Shown piece after piece: positions 18,028 through 23,839 of a stretch of DNA of 33,793 nucleotides (positions within the stretch are counted from its first letter, which is position 1; every line of letters starts with the position of its first letter). This DNA comes from a virus (lineage: Duplodnaviria > Caudoviricetes). The position numbers and the translations under genes were made by a program. The notes beneath the pieces are model-generated. The model made no database searches, had not been told where the DNA came from, and was given only the letters and a program-made list of their open reading frames with translations. The stretch is from the IMG/VR virus record IMGVR_UViG_3300036975_000123, positions 1-33,793 of that record; one strand, given 5' to 3'.

Positions 18028-18180
18028 TTATACTTCTCCTAGTTCTCTACGCATATATAATTCTGCTTCTTCTAATTTAGTTTTTACTAATGCCATATAG
18101 CGTCCTGGTGGAGGTGTAGGTATTTCATCTTTTGCCTCTAAAATTTTACTTAAGACTAATAGTTTTTGTTCATTTTTCAT
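18028..18180 (-). CDS. 50-aa Acb2/Tad1-hairpin-like protein (not in ORF track)
   Basis: MKNEQKLLVLSKILEAKDEIPTPPPGRYMALVKTKLEEAELYMRRELGEV*; AATAGGAGG RBS; stop lies at the canonical repeat position. Confidence 0.6.
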   Translation of the reverse strand: MKNEQKLLVLSKILEAKDEIPTPPPGRYMALVKTKLEEAELYMRRELGEV

Positions 18181-18258
18181 ATTTCCTCCTATTGCGTTTA
18201 AAGCCCGTCGGCTATTGAATAAAGGAAAAAAGGGTTGTTATACCCATTTTTCCTGGTG
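18181..18258 (-). repeat. Intergenic element R3 (long type, near-copy of R2)
   Basis: Minus strand: CACC-AGGAAAAATGGG-TATAACAA-CCCTTTTTTCCT-TTAT..AGCC-GACG-GGCT-TTAAAC..AATAGGAGGA. Confidence 0.85.
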
Positions 18259-18783
18259 TTTTATTTGTTCAGTTTCTTCAAAATCTACACTTATATTTTT
18301 TCCTTCTTCTGTTCTGAACAGCAATTGTCCACATTCTTGGTCTATAGTTAGCAAGTGACAATTATAATATTTTTTGTCTATTTTAACAGTGAATAGATTT
18401 TTGTTTTCTTCAATTAAATCAAATATATCACTTATTCTTAAAAATTCTGTATCTCTGTAGTAATTAAGATATTTGATTTCACCTGTTAATAGTCTTTCAA
18501 AGTCTTCTATTACTTTATCGTTGTATTGTTCTTTGATTATATAGTATCTGTAATTGTGTTCGTCTTCTAAGTATGCATAGTTGTTAGTATCAAATTTGTG
18601 TAGTATGCAGCAATTTTGGTATAGCTCTTCAAATAACCACATAGTATCGAGTTTACCAGCGCTATTAAAAAGTGTGTCACCTTGCTTATTGTTATACGCT
18701 GTGAATTGTAGCATATCAAGACCTTTTTCGTCCTTTACTTCTTTACATTCAATACCATTTAATTTAATTTCCATTCCAATCAT
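18238..18783 (-). CDS. Hypothetical protein
   Basis: 181 aa ORF with the R4 RBS; reads into R3. Confidence 0.75.
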   Translation of the reverse strand: MIGMEIKLNGIECKEVKDEKGLDMLQFTAYNNKQGDTLFNSAGKLDTMWLFEELYQNCCILHKFDTNNYAYLEDEHNYRYYIIKEQYNDKVIEDFERLLTGEIKYLNYYRDTEFLRISDIFDLIEENKNLFTVKIDKKYYNCHLLTIDQECGQLLFRTEEGKNISVDFEETEQIKHQEKWV

Positions 18784-18849
18784 TATATAATCCTCCTATT
18801 TTTTGGGATAGAACAACTAGAAGCTTTTATACCTCTAGTTATTTAGGTG
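18784..18849 (-). repeat. Intergenic element R4
   Basis: Minus strand: (TAA)CACCTA-AATAACTAGAGG-TATAAAAG-CTTCTAGTTGTT-CTATCCCAAAAAATAGGAGGA. Confidence 0.9.
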
Positions 18850-19230
18850 TTACATTGTATGTTTCATCATATTTATTTTGCCTATAGTAGTAAAAAGTTT
18901 TTCTTTTATTTCCGTTATTATAATTGCTGTTAATTTAGTATTCATAGGTATAGATATCCAGTGATTTAGAATATTTATACAAGTTTCCTGTTTTATAAAT
19001 TTTTTTATTCTACTAGGTTCAAAGTCTTCTAAGCATTTAGTATTTTTTGAGATAGATAATATTTCTAGTATTTCAATTGCATAGGTTTTACAAAAAGTTT
19101 TAGTATCTATATCTTTAATTGTTGATATAATGCTTTTGTGGTATAGTGTGCAAACATCAATTAGTTGTTTATTTTTGAAGTTATCTAAGTTTAGTATTAT
19201 TTCATAAGCTACCATTTCATTTAAAGTCAT
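18850..19230 (-). CDS. Hypothetical protein
   Basis: ORF exactly bounded by R4 and R5. Confidence 0.7.
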   Translation of the reverse strand: MTLNEMVAYEIILNLDNFKNKQLIDVCTLYHKSIISTIKDIDTKTFCKTYAIEILEILSISKNTKCLEDFEPSRIKKFIKQETCINILNHWISIPMNTKLTAIIITEIKEKLFTTIGKINMMKHTM

Positions 19231-19297
19231 ATCTTTTAGTCCTCCTATTTTTTGGAATAGAACAACTAGAGTTTATTGAGCTCTAGTTATTTAGGTG
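19231..19297 (-). repeat. Intergenic element R5
   Basis: Minus strand: (TAA)CACCTA-AATAACTAGAG-CTCAATAAA-CTCTAGTTGTT-CTATTCCAAAAAATAGGAGGA. Confidence 0.9.
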
Positions 19298-19822
19298 TTA
19301 TTCTTCAATATCATAACTTTCTTTTAGTTCTTCTTTAATTTCTTTTATCATATCTTCATTAAGTTCATTATCCCAATTTTTCTGGATAGTATCACAGTTA
19401 TTAAGTATTTTTTCACAAGTTTTTAATGCTATTAAAGAAGCAACATTTTCTGAATTTTGTATATTTTTGTAGGCTTCGCCGAATTCTTCTTGATAGTCTT
19501 CTAAAGTATCCAACATTTCGTGGAAATAGGTTTTACAAAATTCAGCTGCTTGATATGTACCAATAATATAATAGTCTTCATTATACATTTTATAGGCTAG
19601 TTCTGGTATTTCTACATCTACATGATTATCCAACATACTGTAAATTTCATTTGCTATAAGGTCAGCTAGTTCTGGTTTTTCAGGTGTGTAACATTTTATT
19701 TCTGACATAATATCATTTAGCATTGTATCGAATTGTTTTTCATTTTCTGAATTTACATTTAAGTCAAAGTTATTACCTTCTCTAATTATTATACTTTTAA
19801 TTCTACCTTTTAATTTTTCCAT
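19298..19822 (-). CDS. Acidic protein, putative Ocr-like DNA mimic / anti-restriction protein
   Basis: Very D/E-rich; YNEDYYIIGTYQAAEF...YQEEFGE...ENVA pattern recalled from Ocr-like phage proteins. Confidence 0.45.
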   Translation of the reverse strand: MEKLKGRIKSIIIREGNNFDLNVNSENEKQFDTMLNDIMSEIKCYTPEKPELADLIANEIYSMLDNHVDVEIPELAYKMYNEDYYIIGTYQAAEFCKTYFHEMLDTLEDYQEEFGEAYKNIQNSENVASLIALKTCEKILNNCDTIQKNWDNELNEDMIKEIKEELKESYDIEE

Positions 19823-19907
19823 AAATCCTCCTATTTGTAGTTTAAAGACATTTCAGTCTATAGAATAGAACAAGTCTAGTATTTTACAAATAGACTTGTT
19901 TTGGTGT
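19823..19907 (-). repeat. Intergenic element R6 (long type)
   Basis: Minus strand: (TAA)ACACCAA-AACAAGTCTA-N12-TAGACTTGTT-CTAT..AGAC-TGAAAT-GTCT-TTAAAC..AAATAGGAGGA. Confidence 0.85.
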
Positions 19908-20558
19908 TTATAAGTCACATATGAACTCTAATTCTTTATTTTCCTTTACTTTGTATATTGCTTTAATTTCAAAGTCTTTACTTTTATTATTTAAGCTTAT
20001 ATCACAATTGTAAGTTTCTGAATAGTCATAGGCATCATTATAACAATAGAACATATCTGTAAAATCATTATTAGTGTTATTACAAATAAATTTGTACTTT
20101 TCAGCCGTTCTTATAGCAAATATGCAACAGTCACTACAATCATTATTACCTACATAGAAGCTTATATTTTTAGTTTCTAAATCCTTTTGTAACCATTCGC
20201 TTATACAGTCACTTAGTTGACTTTCAATTTCAGTATAATGATTCCAATATTCTTCACTGTCAGGGTCTTGACAATCTTTGATATAAAACATGTTACATAG
20301 GTAGCGCGGCATGTATCGACCGTGATAACTATCTACTAGTATTTCTAATATGCCTTCTTGATATTCTTCGCCACAATCCCAGTCAATACTATCAATGTTT
20401 TTTATCAATTTACTTTTATGAAAGATATTATTTAATGTTGAGTCTTTAACAAGTTTGTCACATTCAGTGTTAATATCTTTCATTACTATATCAAGTAATT
20501 TTCCTGTAAAGTGTTTTTTAAGAATCTTTTCAATTTCATAGTTTGATAAATCATGCAT
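19908..20558 (-). CDS. Acidic hypothetical protein (216 aa)
   Basis: Start MHDLSN at 20558 behind AATAGGAGG; the ORF-track extension runs through R7. Confidence 0.75.
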   Translation of the reverse strand: MHDLSNYEIEKILKKHFTGKLLDIVMKDINTECDKLVKDSTLNNIFHKSKLIKNIDSIDWDCGEEYQEGILEILVDSYHGRYMPRYLCNMFYIKDCQDPDSEEYWNHYTEIESQLSDCISEWLQKDLETKNISFYVGNNDCSDCCIFAIRTAEKYKFICNNTNNDFTDMFYCYNDAYDYSETYNCDISLNNKSKDFEIKAIYKVKENKELEFICDL

Positions 20559-20625
20559 AATATATAATCCTCCTATTTTTTGAGATAGAGCAATCAAGGA
20601 TGGTTAAACCCTTGATTACTAGGTG
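20559..20625 (-). repeat. Intergenic element R7
   Basis: Minus strand: (TAA)CACCT-AGTAATCAAGG-GTTTAACCAT-CCTTGATTGCT-CTATCTCAAAAAATAGGAGGA. Confidence 0.9.
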
Positions 20626-20916
20626 TTATACTATTACTGTATCTGTCATTATGCTAAATGATACTACTTTTAAGTAATGCTCACTATATAAGTCTTTAGT
20701 TTTATTAACACAATTTTGACATATTTGCATAAGTTTAGCATGTAAAAAAGGTTTTCTAGTCGATATTTTTTCAAATGTAGTATCCATGAATTGTAATGTA
20801 GTTCTATTTGTTTTTATATTTGTTATTCCTACTAGTTCGCAGCCTAAATCCTTTTCTATAAATCTTATTGCATGAATGCCAGTAAATTGATTAGATAAAG
20901 TCAAATTAATAGTCAT
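20626..20916 (-). CDS. Hypothetical protein (96 aa)
   Basis: Start MTINLT at 20916 behind AATAGGAGG. Confidence 0.7.
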   Translation of the reverse strand: MTINLTLSNQFTGIHAIRFIEKDLGCELVGITNIKTNRTTLQFMDTTFEKISTRKPFLHAKLMQICQNCVNKTKDLYSEHYLKVVSFSIMTDTVIV

Positions 20917-20982
20917 AATATAAATCCTCCTATTTTTTGAGATAAAACAACTAAGAGCTGTTAAACTCTTAGTCATTAGGTG
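20917..20982 (-). repeat. Intergenic element R8
   Basis: Minus strand: (TAA)CACCT-AATGACTAAGAG-TTTAACAG-CTCTTAGTTGTT-TTATCTCAAAAAATAGGAGGA. Confidence 0.9.
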
Positions 20983-21252
20983 TTATCTTTTTATTATGTA
21001 AAAATGTATACACTTACTAATAATATCGTGATTATAATAACTAAATGCACTTATTTGTTGCTTAAACTCTGTTTCTTCCTGTGTATCGTTATCATATTTA
21101 TTAATTAGTATTGGTATATTTACATGACTACCCGGGATATATTTATCACCTGTTAAAAATATGCCCTTATGATCGTTATATAGTTTTATAGCTGTTCTTT
21201 TTTGTATTCTTTTTAAAGTTTGCCCTTGATAACTAAATTCGTTATAATTCAT
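20983..21252 (-). CDS. Hypothetical phage protein, first gene of the leftward operon
   Basis: AAAAAATAGGAGG RBS; RI.K..A.KLYN...F.YYN...FY pattern recalled from phage hypotheticals. Confidence 0.75.
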   Translation of the reverse strand: MNYNEFSYQGQTLKRIQKRTAIKLYNDHKGIFLTGDKYIPGSHVNIPILINKYDNDTQEETEFKQQISAFSYYNHDIISKCIHFYIIKR

Positions 21253-21673
21253 AATAATAAATCCTCCTATTTTTTAAGATAATGGTATTAGGCGACTTGA
21301 ACGCCTTCAAGCGAATTAACGCTATTGATAGCCCGGTTTTATCCTCCTATATACCTGATAGCTACTTAATAGATAGCTATTTAACACCAGTACGTTAAGC
21401 GTACCACGCTTTACTACTTAAATAGGAGGAGGATATTTTTATACTTATAGCGACGTTCTGTATACACCAATTAAGTGTACCTAGTCATATCTGTTAATAG
21501 CAGTGTACGCTATTACGACCAAATGTAGTCAAGCATACTTTTATGTAACTACTATTTACAAGTGCTATAGTATCTACCAGTATTCAATTTTCAAAGTACC
21601 AAATTTGTAAATACATGAAGTAGGCCAAACAAGTACTGTTGTCGTTGCTGTTTGTCGCGTCGTCCTTGATGCT
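21253..21673 (-). ncRNA. Long structured 5' leader / candidate ncRNA containing an antisense copy of the intergenic element
   Basis: No credible ORF; multiple hairpins (AATAGC/GCTATT, TACAC/GTGTA, GTACG/CGTAC, ATAGCTA/TAGCTAT, AGCG/CGCT, AGGCG-TTCAAGT-CGCCT); inverted element at 21382-21430. Confidence 0.6.
21581..21599 (-). promoter_or_regulatory. rrn boxA-like antitermination element
   Basis: Minus strand GTACTTTGAAAATTGAATA resembles the Firmicute rrn leader/spacer motif GTTCTTTGAAAACT. Confidence 0.55.
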
Positions 21674-21679
21674 AGCATA

Positions 21680-21708
21680 ATCATATCACACAACAAACAC
21701 ATTGTCTA
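21680..21708 (-). promoter_or_regulatory. sigmaA promoter driving the leftward operon
   Basis: Minus strand TAGACA-17 nt-TATGAT with TG extension. Confidence 0.7.
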
Positions 21709-21722
21709 TTACAAAATGATAT

Positions 21723-21763
21723 CAAGTTTGTAACAATATTATTTCTATTATGTTACAAACTTG
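21723..21763. promoter_or_regulatory. 13-bp perfect inverted repeat, candidate operator
   Basis: CAAGTTTGTAACA-N15-TGTTACAAACTTG, just upstream of the -35 box. Confidence 0.55.
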
Positions 21764-21819
21764 TTTTTTCGCTTCTATAGAAGAAAATCGTTTTTCGCTT
21801 AGTCAGAGGCTTTGAGGTT

Positions 21820-21845
21820 ATAAAAGTGTAATTTTACACTTTTAT
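21820..21845. repeat. 12-bp perfect inverted repeat
   Basis: ATAAAAGTGTAA-TT-TTACACTTTTAT. Confidence 0.8.
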
Positions 21846-21974
21846 GTATACATAAGATGTTTACTCTTGTAAGAATTAGGTAATTATGTTTAACTGTGTG
21901 ATACCAGGCAGTTCTAGAATATTAATAGGGGTATATTCTTGTATTTAAGTAAATGACAAGGCTATAAGTACTAT

Positions 21975-22244
21975 AGGTGGGTAGGGTATATATTCTTATA
22001 TTGTGTGCTATGCGTGTGTAGTGTGTGTATACTGAGACGTATAGTCATGCAGTCTATATAACGTGTGTGGTTAGTGCGTGTAGTACGTGTGTGCTGTGTG
22101 TGGTGTAGGCTGTGAGTGGGTTTGCTGAAAAAAATTCTCATCGACCCGCATGCATAGGCGGTTTCGAGTGCATAACATGGTCGGGTACCCCCCTTGGGCA
22201 ATGAGCCTCTCCAGGCACATGGCCCTCCCTCCATCCTCACAGTC
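21975..22244. other. GT-rich then GC-rich non-coding island, candidate pac/terminus region
   Basis: GTGT-rich run followed by the most GC-rich stretch of the window; lies between divergent promoters upstream of TerS. Confidence 0.45.
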
Positions 22245-22310
22245 TTTTAGGGCTAGTCAGCCTGAATTTTAGGTAGGTTTTAGGGCTAGTCAGCCTAAAA
22301 TTCAGGTAGG
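22245..22310 (+). repeat. 33-bp tandem repeat x2 with an inverted core
   Basis: TTTTAGGGCTAGTCAG-CCTGAATTTTAGG-TAGG then TTTTAGGGCTAGTCAG-CCTAAAATTCAGG-TAGG. Confidence 0.9.
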
Positions 22311-22394
22311 TTTTAAGACTAAAAATTTTTAGTAGATTTTTTAGAATAAAAGTTGCTTCCATATATTCCCAGGTCAGACTAATAGACTATAAGT

Positions 22395-22423
22395 TTGACA
22401 GTTGGCCGAATTTTTGGTACTAT
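22395..22423 (+). promoter_or_regulatory. sigmaA promoter
   Basis: TTGACA-GTTGGCCGAATTTTTGG-TACTAT. Confidence 0.7.
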
Positions 22424-22520
22424 AGTATTCAGAGCATTTTTTAAATATTTATTAACCTCGGTTAAAAGGGTAATCAAACTATTTTCCAAAACTATTAATT
22501 TTTTTCACTATGAACATTCT

Positions 22521-22549
22521 AAAAAAGCCTATATAATATAGGCTTTTTT
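22521..22549. terminator. Bidirectional terminator
   Basis: AAAAAAGCCTATAT-A-ATATAGGCTTTTTT. Confidence 0.75.
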
Positions 22550-22552
22550 GCG

Positions 22553-22581
22553 TTGACAGCTGGCCGAATTTTTAGTAAAGT
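22553..22581 (+). promoter_or_regulatory. sigmaA promoter, duplicate of the one at 22395
   Basis: TTGACA-GCTGGCCGAATTTTTAG-TAAAGT. Confidence 0.6.
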
Positions 22582-22845
22582 ATTTTTAGTGGGGATTTTA
22601 ATAGCGCTTTTCAAATTAACTATGTTTAATAAAATGATAAAAATGGTTTAATTCTGACAATATTTTTTGTATATTGTCAATTTTTTTGTTGTAAAATTTT
22701 AAGCTAAAAGATATAATGGAATATAAGACGGGTGTGATATCTTAGTCTGTTGTTAACAGGATCGTACTTTTTTTTAATTGTTACTTCAATTTTATGCCTT
22801 CAGTATTCGAGGCTGAAGGCTTAAATTTTTATAGATGGTGGTATT

Positions 22846-23292
22846 ATGGCTAAGAAAACTATATATGAGACTAAAATAAAGCCTAATCTTGCTCTTATTA
22901 CAGATTTAAGGTCTGAGGGTAAAGATATACAATACGTTGCTAATGCAATTGGCGTATCATATAATACATTTAATAATTATATGGATAGGTATGAAGATTT
23001 TATGGAAGCCTGGATAATGGGGGAACATAAAATCGCTGAGAAACTGGAAGCGGCTGTTATAAGGAGTGCTACTGGATATAAATATATTGAGCGGAAAATT
23101 GAAGAGTATTATGATAGTAAAAATAAATTTACAGGCAAAAAGATTACAGTTTATGAAAAAGAGCAAGCTCCAAATCCTCAATTATTAATAAAAGCTCTTG
23201 AGTCATTAAGAGCTAAAAAGTGGGCCAATTCTAATAAGGCGAAAGAACTTGAGATTATAATTGATGAAGATTTAATAGAATATAGTGAATAG
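22846..23292 (+). CDS. terS: Terminase small subunit (HTH)
   Basis: YETKIKPNL..I....EG.....VANAIGVSYNTF..Y..RYEDF.EA...G; LE.A..RSATGYKY.E.K; K...PN; upstream of TerL. Confidence 0.75.
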   Translation: MAKKTIYETKIKPNLALITDLRSEGKDIQYVANAIGVSYNTFNNYMDRYEDFMEAWIMGEHKIAEKLEAAVIRSATGYKYIERKIEEYYDSKNKFTGKKITVYEKEQAPNPQLLIKALESLRAKKWANSNKAKELEIIIDEDLIEYSE

Positions 23293-23318
23293 AAAAATAG
23301 CCCCTTTATAGGGGCTTT
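23293..23318. terminator. Terminator hairpin after terS
   Basis: AAAAAT-AGCCCC-TTTATA-GGGGCT-TT. Confidence 0.65.
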
Positions 23319-23405
23319 ATTATGTACAAATTTTAAAAAAGGATTTAAAACACATACTCCATACCATAAGAGTACGTGGCTGCATAGTTGCATACCTTGA
23401 TTAAT

Positions 23406-23434
23406 AGTATAGCATACTATAAAATAAATGTAAA
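23406..23434 (-). promoter_or_regulatory. Leftward sigmaA promoter with no downstream ORF
   Basis: Minus strand TTTACA-17 nt-TATACT with TG extension. Confidence 0.6.
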
Positions 23435-23443
23435 AGGTGAATT

Positions 23444-23545
23444 ATGTTGAATTTTATTAAAGGCTTTTTAGCCTGTATATTTATAGTAGGTATGGTTATA
23501 GTGATACCATTAATATATTATATTATTACAGAATTTATTAATTAA
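23444..23545 (+). CDS. 33-aa single-TM peptide
   Basis: MLNFIKGFLACIFIVGMVIVIPLIYYIITEFIN*; AAAGGTG RBS. Confidence 0.5.
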   Translation: MLNFIKGFLACIFIVGMVIVIPLIYYIITEFIN

Positions 23546-23556
23546 GGGGTATGTCT

Positions 23557-23730
23557 ATGAAAGTAAAATCGATTTCAAGATGGACTGGTACTATAATTGG
23601 ATATGGTTTAATTGTAATTAACGGTGGTTTAGTTACAGCTCTGGGTATATTATGTATTCATGTAGCATTAGTTTTAGAGTTAATAGAAATTATAGGAAAG
23701 GTTGATAAAAATGAAAAAAGTAATTTTTGA
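23557..23730 (+). CDS. 57-aa membrane protein
   Basis: MKVKSISRWTGTIIGYGLIVINGGLVTALGILCIHVALVLELI...; AAGGGG RBS. Confidence 0.55.
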   Translation: MKVKSISRWTGTIIGYGLIVINGGLVTALGILCIHVALVLELIEIIGKVDKNEKSNF

Positions 23731-23839
23731 TAAAAGGTTTGTAGCTTCCCGGGCTGATGCTGGGGCTGGGCTTACCTCTCCTTTAGTTAAAAGAATTGAA
23801 AAGATTAAGTGGAGAAAGAAAAATTTTAAAAGGTATTAA
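23711..23839 (+). CDS. 42-aa basic peptide
   Basis: MKKVIFDKRFVASRADAGAGLTSPLVKRIEKIKWRKKNFKRY*; TAATG overlap with terL. Confidence 0.45.
   Translation: MKKVIFDKRFVASRADAGAGLTSPLVKRIEKIKWRKKNFKRY

Noticed and set aside
20559-20976. ORF-track starts at 20597 and 20976 (also 12915 and 13652)
   Set aside because: They lie upstream of the clear RBS, inside repeat or origin sequence; downstream ATGs were used instead.
17189-20982. Integron attC array (stop inside TAAC followed by a palindrome)
   Set aside because: No conserved GTTRRRY end (absent in R1, R2, R3 and R7), no L-box or extrahelical-base pattern, and no integrase in the window. The organisation is cassette-like but not attC.
21283-21360. 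tRNA or tmRNA gene suggested by the TTCAAGT T-loop
   Set aside because: No matching acceptor stem, D-arm or anticodon arm at tRNA spacing, and no tmRNA ends. Retained only as a T-arm-like motif in the leader.
21971-22240. 89-aa minus-strand ORF
   Set aside because: Low-complexity His/Thr product arising from the GT-rich tract; no convincing RBS.
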